DNA of 64,000 nt from Myxococcales bacterium (lineage in GTDB: Bacteria > Myxococcota_A > Polyangia > Polyangiales > DASUME01). Location of the stretch: positions 6,432,001-6,496,000 of the forward strand of contig JASGJH010000001.1 in assembly GCA_047601445.1 (NCBI GenBank), written 5' to 3'. Below, one piece after another: positions 52,165 through 62,977 of the stretch. The position numbers were made by a program, and so were the translations under genes. The notes beneath the pieces were generated by a model that was not told the DNA's origin, did not search any database, and was given only the letters and a program-made list of their open reading frames with translations. The number at the start of each line of letters is the position of its first letter. Position 1 is the first letter of the stretch.

Positions 52165-53487
52165 ATGGTCTCCATGTACTCATCGCATCTCGGTCGTCTT
52201 GGTTTCCTCGCACTGCTCTCGCTCGCTGCAGCCCCACTTTCGACCGGTTGCGGGGACAGCGACAAGGACAAGTCGTCGTCCGATGCTGGGGGAGATGCGG
52301 GACAAGATCGCTTCGCCGGATGCGACACCATCATCAAGGCAGGTAGCACCACCGAGCAGGTACAGGAGGTCTTCATCGACGCGCAGACCGGACAGACGCT
52401 GTGCTTCGAGGACGGCACCTACGCGCTGACCGCCGAGCTGAACTTGAGCGTCGCCGACGTCACCGTGCAAGGGAATCCGGCCGACCGCAACGCAGTGGTG
52501 CTCGACTACACGGGACAAGTGGAGGGCAAGGACTCGCTCACCTCCTCGGGCGACGGCTTCACGGTTCAGCACCTCAGCGTGAAGAACTCCCATGGCAATA
52601 CCATCGTGACCCGCGGCGTGAAGCGCGTGACGTTCCGCGACCTCAAGGTGTCTTGGGACGCGGGCTCGGTGACCTCCAACGGCGCCTATGCGGTGTATCC
52701 GTTGAGTGCCGACGGCGTGTTGGTCGAGGGCTGCGAGATCGTGGGCGCGGCGGACGCCGGCATCTACGTGGGCCAGTCCAAGAACATCATCGTGCGCAAC
52801 AACGTGGTGCACGGGAACGTGGCGGGCATCGAGATCGAGAACAGCGACAACGCGCTCGTCACCGGCAACGAAACCTACGACAACGCCTCGGGCATCCTGG
52901 TGTTCGCCATGCCCAACCTGGAGAAGACGACGGGTACCAACAGCATCGTGGAGAACAACAACGTCCACGACAACAACCACCCGAATTTCGGTGCGGCTGG
53001 CACCACGGTCTCCTACGTGCCGCCGGGCACCGGCATGCTCGTGTTGGCCAACGACGGCACCGAGATCCGCAAGAACACCTTCACCAACAACGAGACCGCG
53101 GCCATCTTGGCGGTCTCCTATCAGACCTTCGCTACCATCTGCGCAGCCAACGGTGGCACCCAGTGCGGCGGCGACGATGCCAAGACGGACCCGTACCTGA
53201 GCAAGACCTACATCCACGACAACACGTTCACGAACAACGGCACCATGCCGGACCCGCTCGTGGAGGGCTTGCTCGGGACCAATCTGCCCAACGTGCTCTG
53301 GGACGGCGTCACGCCGCCCGACGCGCCCACCGGTCAGTTCTGTCTGGGGCCCACGCCCACCACCATCATGCAGTTCGGTAACAACGACGGCTTCTTCGAG
53401 GCCAACGAAGTGATCACCGATCCGAACCAGTTCACCTGCACGATTCCCTCTCCGTTCGAGACCATCACGCTCCCACAGGGATCCTGA
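52165..53487 (+). CDS. Parallel beta-helix repeat lipoprotein (TIGR03805-like)
   Basis: NGAYAVYP, GAADAGIYVGQS, NVAGIEIENS, GILVFAMP, NNHPNF; lipobox STGC. Confidence 0.85.
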   Translation: MVSMYSSHLGRLGFLALLSLAAAPLSTGCGDSDKDKSSSDAGGDAGQDRFAGCDTIIKAGSTTEQVQEVFIDAQTGQTLCFEDGTYALTAELNLSVADVTVQGNPADRNAVVLDYTGQVEGKDSLTSSGDGFTVQHLSVKNSHGNTIVTRGVKRVTFRDLKVSWDAGSVTSNGAYAVYPLSADGVLVEGCEIVGAADAGIYVGQSKNIIVRNNVVHGNVAGIEIENSDNALVTGNETYDNASGILVFAMPNLEKTTGTNSIVENNNVHDNNHPNFGAAGTTVSYVPPGTGMLVLANDGTEIRKNTFTNNETAAILAVSYQTFATICAANGGTQCGGDDAKTDPYLSKTYIHDNTFTNNGTMPDPLVEGLLGTNLPNVLWDGVTPPDAPTGQFCLGPTPTTIMQFGNNDGFFEANEVITDPNQFTCTIPSPFETITLPQGS

Positions 53488-54636
53488 ATGCACGCACGCT
53501 CCGCTCGTCTCGCAAGCATCCTGTGGCTGGTCTGCGCTGGCTGCGACTCGAGTGGAGCGCCCGACGGCATGTCGGAGCCCGTGGCACAACCGGACGCTGG
53601 GGCCGACAGCGGAGCGAACCTCGGCTTGCCCTGGCCGGCCGATAGGCTCGGTCCGGCGCCGTACCCGGACGACAATCCCCCCACCGAGGCCAAGCGCCTG
53701 CTCGGGCGTGCGCTCTTCTACGATCCCGTGGTGTCGAGCGACAAGGCCACCGCCTGCGTGAGCTGCCACAGCGAGATCTGGGGGCTGAGCGATCAGCTCG
53801 CGCGCTCGGTGGGCGTCGACGGCACGGGACCCATCGGACCCGGTCGCAAGGGGCCGAACATGACGCGTCGCAATTCGCAGGCGTTGTGGAATTTGGCCTA
53901 TCGCAAGGAGTTCTTCTGGGACGGCCGGGCAGACTCGCTGGAGCATCAGGTGTTCTTCCCCATCGAGTCCGCCGAGGAGCTCAATCGCAAGCCTTCCGAG
54001 CTGGTGGCTGAGCTGGCGGCCAATCCGCAGTACCAGATGCTGTTCCAGGCGGCTTTCCCGGGCGTGGAGCCGGCGGTCACCGAGCAAACGTTCTCGCAGG
54101 CGCTGGGCGTGTTCATGCGCGCCTACATCTCCGATCGGGCGCCCTACGACAGCTATCTCAAGGGGGACATGCGCGCGCTCGATGCGCAGGACCTGCGAGG
54201 CGCCTCGCTGTTTGCGGCGCTGGGCTGCCACGGCTGCCACCTGCCGCCGCGCTTCGAGAGCGACCAGTACCACGACCGCCAGGTCCCGAACCCCGAGAAC
54301 ATCGTGGACGACGGACGCTTCGAATTCAGTGGAGAAGCGGCCGATCGAGGAACATTTCGAGTCCCCACGCTGCGCAACGCGCGCGAGTCGGGTCCCTACT
54401 TCCACAACGGGTCGGTGCGCACCTTCGAGGAGGCGGTCGCCCACGAGGTCGATCTGCAAGTTGCGTCAGGAGCGCGCGGGGCGCTCACGGGCGACGAGTT
54501 CGACGACCTGATGAGTTTCCTGAGACGTTCTCTCACCGACGTTTCGCGGGAGCAACATCCACCCAAATCCGTGCCGAGTGGCCTGCCAATTCCGCTCGAC
54601 GGTGATCTATTGCTTCGAGGGGGTCATGGCGATTGA
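53488..54636 (+). CDS. Di-heme cytochrome c peroxidase (bCcP/MauG family)
   Basis: LGRALFYD, CVSCH, FWDGRA, CHGCH, FRVPTLRN, GPYFHNG. Confidence 0.9.
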   Translation: MHARSARLASILWLVCAGCDSSGAPDGMSEPVAQPDAGADSGANLGLPWPADRLGPAPYPDDNPPTEAKRLLGRALFYDPVVSSDKATACVSCHSEIWGLSDQLARSVGVDGTGPIGPGRKGPNMTRRNSQALWNLAYRKEFFWDGRADSLEHQVFFPIESAEELNRKPSELVAELAANPQYQMLFQAAFPGVEPAVTEQTFSQALGVFMRAYISDRAPYDSYLKGDMRALDAQDLRGASLFAALGCHGCHLPPRFESDQYHDRQVPNPENIVDDGRFEFSGEAADRGTFRVPTLRNARESGPYFHNGSVRTFEEAVAHEVDLQVASGARGALTGDEFDDLMSFLRRSLTDVSREQHPPKSVPSGLPIPLDGDLLLRGGHGD

Positions 54637-55801
54637 GTTGTACAAGTCATCGTCGCGCGCATTTCGCGTCGCGTTCGGCGCGGCCGTTTGCGCCTTGCTT
54701 GGGCTCGGGGGCTGCGGCTCGGACGAACACGGGGAAATGCCCAACAAGGACCGCGATGCGGGAGACGAATTCGACGCCGGCGAAGTGCCCGACGTGGGGC
54801 CGCCGGCTGCGGCCTACCTCACGCCGCCCGAAAACTTGTCGGAGTGGAATCTCTTCGCAGACGAGGTGAACCAGACGCCCGGACCGCGCACGGTGCCCTA
54901 TGACGTCATCGCGCCGCTGTTTTCCGACTACGCGGCCAAGCGCCGCTTCATCTACGTGCCCGAAGGCAAGAGCATCGGATATTCCGAGACGGATCTGTGG
55001 ACGCTGCCCGAGGGGAGCGTGCTGATCAAGACCTTCAGCTATCCCCGTGACCTGCGCGACCCCGCGGCGGGAGAACGACTGCTCGAGACGCGCTTGCTCG
55101 TATACACGGCCGAGGGCGTAGTGCCACACACCTACGTGTGGAACGAGGAGCAGACGGCGGCGACGCGCAAAGTGGTCGGCACCAACATCGCGGCCAGCTG
55201 GATCGACCAGAGCGGCGCTCAAGTGAGCAATACGTTCACGGTGCCCAACACCAACCAGTGTTTCGATTGCCACGGCAAACGAGGGGTGACGAACACACTC
55301 GGGGTACGCACGCGTCAGCTCGACCGCAGCCACGATTTCGACGGAAGCCCGCAAAATCAGGTCGATCGCCTGAGTGCGCTCGGCTTCCTCGACCGGGTTC
55401 CCGAGGCCAGTGATCAGCGGCAGCGTTTGGTGGACCCCTTCGGTGACGCGTCCGTCGACTTGCGCGCGCGCTCGTACATCGACGCCAATTGCTCCCAATG
55501 TCACAAGCAGGGCGGCGACGCCTCCGCCAGCGGTATGTGGCTCGACTGGCCTAACACAGGGCCCGAGACGAACCCCACTTACTGGGGCGTCTGCAAGCGT
55601 CCCACCAGCGCCGGCGGGGCGACTTGCGGGAACGAAGTGGACATCGTGCCGGGTGATCCCGACCACTCCATCTATTTGTGTCGCCTCGAGAGCACCGACC
55701 CCAAGGTTCAGATGCCGCCTCTCGGTCGCAACATGGTGCACGAGGAAGGGGTGGCCTTGATCCGCGAGTGGATCACCTTGTTGCAGGGTAGTTGCCAGTA
55801 A
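54626..55801 (+). CDS. SO2930-family di-heme c-type cytochrome lipoprotein (TIGR03806-like)
   Basis: LSEWNLF, PLFSDYAAKRRF, IKTF, LETRLL, CFDCH, ARSYIDANCSQCH, MPPLGR. Start moved to ATG 54626. Confidence 0.85.
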   Translation: MAIELYKSSSRAFRVAFGAAVCALLGLGGCGSDEHGEMPNKDRDAGDEFDAGEVPDVGPPAAAYLTPPENLSEWNLFADEVNQTPGPRTVPYDVIAPLFSDYAAKRRFIYVPEGKSIGYSETDLWTLPEGSVLIKTFSYPRDLRDPAAGERLLETRLLVYTAEGVVPHTYVWNEEQTAATRKVVGTNIAASWIDQSGAQVSNTFTVPNTNQCFDCHGKRGVTNTLGVRTRQLDRSHDFDGSPQNQVDRLSALGFLDRVPEASDQRQRLVDPFGDASVDLRARSYIDANCSQCHKQGGDASASGMWLDWPNTGPETNPTYWGVCKRPTSAGGATCGNEVDIVPGDPDHSIYLCRLESTDPKVQMPPLGRNMVHEEGVALIREWITLLQGSCQ

Positions 55802-55867
55802 CGGCGCTGTCGGATCGGCGCCAAACGCGCATGAATTGACGGTCTCTGCTACCCTCTGGGCCTCCCA

Positions 55868-57661
55868 ATGGGATTCCGGAGTCGTCGCTCGTTGCTCGCG
55901 TACGCAGCAGTATTGCTGGGCGGCTGGCTGCTGGCGTTGAGCGCACGGGCGCAACCCGTGGTGCAGGCCGGAGGCAGCGGCGGCGTCGAGACCTACGAGT
56001 GGGAGCGCACACGCAAGGTGCTCGAGCGGCAGGGGCTCGTGGTGGCGGAGAACGCTGCCGTCGAGAACAAGCCCATCGCCTGGATCCGCATCGTCCGCAA
56101 CGACATTTTCGTGCCCGACGAGCTCGTGCCCCTGTGGCTCAACAAGTTCCACAGCCGCACGCGCGAGTTCGTGGTGCGCCGCGAGCTGCTGTTCCACGAG
56201 GGCGGGCCCTACCACGACGCGCGCATCGAGGAGACCATGCGCAACCTGCGCAACATGGGCATCTTCGCCCTGGTGCGCATCGTGCCGATTCAAGTCGAAG
56301 ACCCCAACAAGGTGGGCGTCCTCGTCTACACGCGCGACATCTGGAGTCTGCGCCTCGAGCAGGCCTTCAACATCACGACCCAGATCAACCAGCTCAGCTT
56401 GCAGCTCACCGAGGTCAACCTCTTCGGTGCGAACAAGCAAGTAGGGCTGGACTTCGAGATGTTCCCGAAGACGTATTTCTTCCTGCCGTCGTTCTACGCT
56501 CGCCGCGTGCTCAACTCGCGGGTGGGGTTGAACGCCGGGGCGGGGCCCATCCTCAACCGCGCTCACAATCAGGTCGAGGGAAGTCTGTGGCGCCTGCGCG
56601 TGGGCGAGCCGTTCTACTATCTCAACCAGCACTTCTCGTATCAGCTCAACGGGGCCTACACGGATCAGGTGGTACGCCGCGTGCGGGATGGAGACGTGCA
56701 GAAGTATCAGCCCGACGGCAAGGGCACGCCCTTCGCCAACGCGGTGTTTCGGCAGAAGACGCCGTCGGTGAACCTGTGGGGCTACTACCGGCGCGGTGAT
56801 GCCTACAAGCAGACCTTTGGCGTCGGCTGGGATTACCGGGAGATCCACGCGAGCCCCACGCACGAGAGCGACGTACCCGCAGCCTTGCGCGATGGGTTCG
56901 AGCGCACCGTGCTGCCCATGCAGCGTCGCGAGATTGGTCCGGCCCTCGAGTACGCCATCTTCGTGCCGAAGTTCGCCACCTTCAACAACCTGTCCACCTT
57001 CGGAAAGAGCGAGAACGTGCAAGTGGGCCCGACCGCCGACGTGCTCGTGCGCGCTCCGCTGGCGGCCTTTGGTTCCAACGTCAGCTCGTGGGTGTTATCT
57101 GGTGACTTCGGCTATGTGGTGGCGCCCGGTGGTGGTCTCCTGCAGCTGAAAGTCGGCGGCCGCACCCGCTATCAGCAAGGGGAGCTCTACGACCAACTCG
57201 CGACCGCCGTGCTCCGCGGCGCGACGCCCATCCTGGGCTGGGTGCGCCTGGTGGGACGCGCTTACGTCGAAGCACGCAGGCGCGACACCGCGCGTACCTA
57301 CGTGACGCTAGGCTCGGACATGGCGCTACGCGGCTTTCCCAGCCAGTACTTGTGGGGCTACGGCGCGAGTCGCTGGCTCGCGAATTTCGAGGCTCGCACC
57401 TTGCCCTGGAAGTTCCATGCCTTCTACCTGGGTGGCGTGGCGTTCTTCGACGTGGGCTCGGTGTTCTACAAGTGGAGCGAGGCGCACCCTTACTACGCCG
57501 CGGGGCTCGGCATCCGCTTCCTGTTCTCCAAGCTCAGCCGCTACCCGTTCTCGGTCGATGGGGGCACCTCGCCGCAGTACGGCTACAACCCGGTGCCAGC
57601 GTTCAACAGTCACCAGACCGTGCCGATGACCGAGTACGAGGACACGCTGATCGGCTTCTGA
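55868..57661 (+). CDS. BamA/TamA (Omp85)-like outer-membrane protein with POTRA domain
   Basis: HSRTREFVVRRELLF..ETMRNLR..TRDIWS POTRA pattern; LRGF; FFDVG; GLGIRF. Confidence 0.75.
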   Translation: MGFRSRRSLLAYAAVLLGGWLLALSARAQPVVQAGGSGGVETYEWERTRKVLERQGLVVAENAAVENKPIAWIRIVRNDIFVPDELVPLWLNKFHSRTREFVVRRELLFHEGGPYHDARIEETMRNLRNMGIFALVRIVPIQVEDPNKVGVLVYTRDIWSLRLEQAFNITTQINQLSLQLTEVNLFGANKQVGLDFEMFPKTYFFLPSFYARRVLNSRVGLNAGAGPILNRAHNQVEGSLWRLRVGEPFYYLNQHFSYQLNGAYTDQVVRRVRDGDVQKYQPDGKGTPFANAVFRQKTPSVNLWGYYRRGDAYKQTFGVGWDYREIHASPTHESDVPAALRDGFERTVLPMQRREIGPALEYAIFVPKFATFNNLSTFGKSENVQVGPTADVLVRAPLAAFGSNVSSWVLSGDFGYVVAPGGGLLQLKVGGRTRYQQGELYDQLATAVLRGATPILGWVRLVGRAYVEARRRDTARTYVTLGSDMALRGFPSQYLWGYGASRWLANFEARTLPWKFHAFYLGGVAFFDVGSVFYKWSEAHPYYAAGLGIRFLFSKLSRYPFSVDGGTSPQYGYNPVPAFNSHQTVPMTEYEDTLIGF

Positions 57662-57688
57662 GCCACCGGATGAAAGTTGCGCGACCTA

Positions 57689-59611
57689 CTACTGCGAGCA
57701 GGCGCAAATCTTGAGTGTACTGGCCGAGTTTCGAGGCGACGGGGTCCCGACCGTGAAGTCGCTAAAGTTGTCGTTCGTGTCTGCGCAGCCGTCGTCGTTG
57801 CGTAGCGCGGCTGTCGTGTTGGAGAGGTCCCCCGTGGAGGCGCCTTCGATCGGCGGACTCCACGCACCTGTGCCGTAGACGACGAGATCGAGACGGAGAG
57901 GATCCGCGGCCGAGGTCGCGGTGGTACCCGCGACCAGCGCTACTCTGCCTGCTCTCGATCCCATGGCCATGGTACCTTGCGTATCGGCTCCTTGCAGAGG
58001 CGTGCCTGAGACCGTTCCCCCGGTCTCTTTGATGAGGTAGTAACCGCCTCCGGGGATGCTCACGTCCGGCAGGGGTTGCACCAGCCACGAAGCGCTGCTG
58101 GACGCATATTGAACCGACCAGCCGCTGAGGCTGGCGGGCGCGGCTCCCCGATTGTGCAGCTCGATGAAGTCGTTGCCGATCATCGCCCCCGTGTTGCCTC
58201 CGCCTCCGTAGACCTGGCTGATCACGACCGCAGGGCCACAGGTGGCTACCTCCGAGGTCGTGGTGAAAGTACTGGTCACGGTCGAAGCCAGCGGTGAGCC
58301 ATACAGAGCCTTCACCCCCGAGACGACGCGAATGGCGTACGTGGTGCCAATCGCGAACTTCTCGCCTGGGTGCATGGTCGAGACCGTACCGGAGGCATCG
58401 ACCTCGGCATTCGCCGTGGCGAAAGGCAAACAGCTGGCAAAGTTGTCCGCTGACAGTTGGACGGCGCCGGTGCACGGACCCGCGGTGACCTGCGTCGTGA
58501 TCTCGGACGCCTGAACGGCTTGATTGAACTGCACGCGAACAGCCGAGAGCAAAGCCACGTTCGTCCCCCCGTCGGCAGGAAACGTGTTGACCACGGCCAG
58601 TTCAGGACAGGTGATCTCGGCGTCCGTCGGGTCCCAGACTGACAGTTGGAGCTTGTTTCGGTATCTCGAGAGCGGCGTCCCCAGGAGCTTCACCGTGCAG
58701 GTGGCGAACAGCTTCGAGACCCACTCCGTCGGCCCACGCAGGACGAAGTATTGGCTCCCAACCGGCTCACCGCCCGTGGTGATATAGGCCGAGCTGAAAC
58801 CGAAGCCGGCCCCGACGAACGCGCCATCGATGGTGACCGTGCCCGTCACGAGCTCACTCTCGAGGTCATACTCGCCGAGGTCGAGGCCCACCGACGTATC
58901 GAGCAGGTCGAGCGCGGAGATGGTCTGTGCTTGAGGCAGCAACGCCCCTTCTCCCACGAGACGAGCACTCGCACCCGTCACGACGACGAGTTGATCTGGC
59001 GCATCTCCGGCGGAAATCGTGAGATCCAGGATGTCTCCCACGCGCACGCCTCCGGGCACGGTGGTCGCGGGATCCATCGCAATCAACAGGGCGGGTCCGG
59101 CGGTCCCGTTCTGCACGTAGAACGCCGGGCCATCCGAGCTGCCCACCGGGTTATCACCGACGCCGCGCCTCACGTACGTCACGACTGCGCCGCGGACGGT
59201 GATCGGGGCCCACGGATCTCCTGAGCGGATCGCCTGGCGTACTGCGGCGATCTGACCGCTCGTCTCGCCGGGAGCGAGAGGTGGACCAGCGTCTTCGATG
59301 ACGCGCTGTCCATCGGGCGAGCCATCCTCCTGTGGAACCGTCCCGTCGTCGAGAACGACTTCGGCATCGAGTCCAGCGTCGCTACCGTCGCCGCCGTCGA
59401 TGTCGATCTCGGAGTTGGGATCGTCGCCGCCTGCTGCTCCGTCCGGGCGCGGGGTTTCAGCATCGAGGCTGCCGCCACCGTGCGTGGGCGCTTTCCAGTC
59501 GAGCGCGCAGCCGCTCGTACCCAGGGTCAACCCGATCCCCCAAGCGGCTGCGACGACGCCGTTCGCTGTGAGGGAGCGCCCAGCTAACACGGTGTTCTTT
59601 GTGCTCGGCAT
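57689..59611 (-). CDS. Exported protein with OB-fold-like, Ig-like and lamin-tail domains
   Basis: TSGC lipobox-like; AFYVQ..VGD; TFPADGGTNV..VQFNQAV; VVISQVYGGGGN..NDFIELHN..LSGWSVQYAS..PSPRN. Confidence 0.75.
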   Translation of the reverse strand: MPSTKNTVLAGRSLTANGVVAAAWGIGLTLGTSGCALDWKAPTHGGGSLDAETPRPDGAAGGDDPNSEIDIDGGDGSDAGLDAEVVLDDGTVPQEDGSPDGQRVIEDAGPPLAPGETSGQIAAVRQAIRSGDPWAPITVRGAVVTYVRRGVGDNPVGSSDGPAFYVQNGTAGPALLIAMDPATTVPGGVRVGDILDLTISAGDAPDQLVVVTGASARLVGEGALLPQAQTISALDLLDTSVGLDLGEYDLESELVTGTVTIDGAFVGAGFGFSSAYITTGGEPVGSQYFVLRGPTEWVSKLFATCTVKLLGTPLSRYRNKLQLSVWDPTDAEITCPELAVVNTFPADGGTNVALLSAVRVQFNQAVQASEITTQVTAGPCTGAVQLSADNFASCLPFATANAEVDASGTVSTMHPGEKFAIGTTYAIRVVSGVKALYGSPLASTVTSTFTTTSEVATCGPAVVISQVYGGGGNTGAMIGNDFIELHNRGAAPASLSGWSVQYASSSASWLVQPLPDVSIPGGGYYLIKETGGTVSGTPLQGADTQGTMAMGSRAGRVALVAGTTATSAADPLRLDLVVYGTGAWSPPIEGASTGDLSNTTAALRNDDGCADTNDNFSDFTVGTPSPRNSASTLKICACSQ

Positions 59612-59747
59612 CCGACTGGCCCTGCGCTTTGGTGCGCCCCATCACAGCTTCGACCGGACGGAGAAGCGTCCAAAAGCTGGGAGGGTTCCTAAAGCGCCGT
59701 AGCACAGCGGTGTTTTCGAAGCGACGGAGATGGCCGCGCGATCACCC

Positions 59748-60380
59748 TCAAGGAGCCATCGACGAGCGCTTCGTGATCAGGGCTTGATGGAACTCGAACG
59801 CTGCCGCGCGCGGATCGGCCGCACCGCATACCAAACGGACCGACGCCGCGTAGCTCGCTCCAGTGCGCCGGAGTAGGCGCGCGTGTTGGCGTTGGATGCC
59901 GCCGATAGCGAGCACCGGGGTCCGCACCGCTCGACAGACTTCCGCCAGCGCGAACAGGCCGATGTCTTCAGGTTGGTGCACTGGCGTACGTTCGCGAAAC
60001 ACCGGCCCATAGCCGATGAGATCGACGCCCTGATTCTCCGCTGCCTTTGCTTGCTGCAGCGTGTCCACCGAAAGACCGAGCAAGCGCGGCCCCCAAACCT
60101 GCCGAACCTCGTCGACCGCCAAATCATCTTGGCTGAGAAACAGGCCGTCGGCGCGCGACAGGAGGGCGATATCCAGGCGGTCGTTAACCCAGAATTGCAC
60201 GCCCGCTCGCTTGCAATGCACCTGCACCTGTTGCGCGATCTTGAGGAAGGCCCGGTCGCTCATCGTCTTGACGCGCAGCTGCAGTGCGGTGCACCCGCTC
60301 CGAACCGTCTGCTCCGAGACCCATACCGGATCGCGGCCCTTACACTGACTGGGATCGATGATCGCGTACAAGCCCCTCAT
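59748..60380 (-). CDS. thiE: Thiamine-phosphate synthase (ThiE/TenI) family protein, divergent
   Basis: GLYAI, QLRVK, VNDRLDIA, QDD, GPVF, AIGGI. Several canonical residues are altered, so the symbol is tentative. Confidence 0.75.
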   Translation of the reverse strand: MRGLYAIIDPSQCKGRDPVWVSEQTVRSGCTALQLRVKTMSDRAFLKIAQQVQVHCKRAGVQFWVNDRLDIALLSRADGLFLSQDDLAVDEVRQVWGPRLLGLSVDTLQQAKAAENQGVDLIGYGPVFRERTPVHQPEDIGLFALAEVCRAVRTPVLAIGGIQRQHARLLRRTGASYAASVRLVCGAADPRAAAFEFHQALITKRSSMAP

Positions 60381-60429
60381 TCACTCCAATCCTAGGACAT
60401 TCTCTCGAGTTTCCTCAAACACAACTCTC

Positions 60430-60747
60430 CTCCCATGGGGCCGGTGAAGCGGAGCGGGGGTCACCTCTCGGCTCGTCGCGCTGCTGCTCCGCGCCCCGGT
60501 CGTACACTCCCTCCCATGGGGTCGGTGAAGCAGAGCGGGGGTCACCTCTCGGCTCGTCGCGCTGCTGCTCCGCGCCCCGGTCGTACACTCCCTCCCATGG
60601 GGTCGGTGAAGCGGAGCGGGGTCACCTCTCGGCTCGTCGCGCTGCTGCTCCGCGCCCCGCTCGTACACTCCCTCCCATGGGGTCGGTGAAGCGGAGCGGG
60701 GGTCACCTCTCGGCTCGTCGCGCTGCTGCTCCGCGCCCCGCTCGTAC
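60430..60747 (+). repeat. Four tandem 80-81-bp repeats
   Basis: CCCATGGGG starts at 60432, 60513, 60594 and 60674; units near-identical, no spacers. Confidence 0.95.
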
Positions 60748-60919
60748 GTCTTGAGGTGCTTGGGGGCCGGTTGGCCGCATGCGCGCCGAGGCACGGCGCG
60801 CGGGCTGTACTTCTGGGGGTGGGGATCTAGGCGTGGTTGTACGTCTGTTCTTCGATTCTTGCGGGGGCGCTCCAATGCGCCGCCAGGTGACCCCCGCTCC
60901 GCTTCACCGACCCCATGGG
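60674..60919 (+). repeat. ~245-bp element with perfect 35-bp terminal inverted repeat, copy A (MITE-like or structured RNA/ssDNA)
   Basis: 60674-60708 is the exact reverse complement of 60885-60919. Confidence 0.8.
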
Positions 60920-61152
60920 TGGCTCGCGTGCGCTCGAGAACTCGAGTTTTCTCGGGTGTTCTCGGATCCCGAGCGTTCTCAGGGGTCCACGGCGGCAGGG
61001 GTTCTCTGGGGTGCGCGAGCGAGCGTTCCCGGACGCCCGAGCGTTCTCGGATGACCTATGCCCACCCGAGTAACCCTGAGTCGAGCTCACCTGAGGCCTT
61101 CGAGCCAACGAGTGCCCGCCCGAGCGACTCCGAGTCGAGCCCACCCGAGCCA

Positions 61153-61390
61153 CCCCGTGGGCTCGGTGGAAGCGGGGGGGTGGCCTCGCGGCGCGCATTG
61201 GAGCGCCTCCGCCCGAATCGCAGAACAGACGTACGACCCGGCCCAGCCGCACCTCCCCAGAAGCACAGCCCGCGCGCCGTGCCCGCGGCCAACCGGCCCC
61301 CAGCTACCTCATGACGTACGAGCTACGCGCGAAGCAGCAGCGCAACGAGCCGAGAGGCCACCCACCCCCGCTTCCACCGAGTCCACGGGG
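61153..61390 (-). repeat. Diverged inverted copy B of the same element
   Basis: Core motifs shared with copy A in reverse complement; has its own near-perfect terminal IR (61153-61187 / 61354-61390). Confidence 0.8.
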
Positions 61391-61411
61391 AGGGGAGGTT
61401 GGTTGGAAGGG

Positions 61412-62974
<1,563 letters not shown>

Positions 62975-62977
62975 CGC

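Noticed and set aside
52180..57022. 759-aa and 791-aa minus-strand ORFs
   Set aside because: Shadows of the cytochrome cluster and the Omp85-like gene.
60430..60747. CRISPR array
   Set aside because: Units are near-identical along their whole length with no unique spacers, and there are no cas genes.
60381..61314. ORFs 60381..60875, 60751..61314 and 60827..61252
   Set aside because: Translations of the repeats; the 80-bp unit breaks the frame and the composition is not protein-like.
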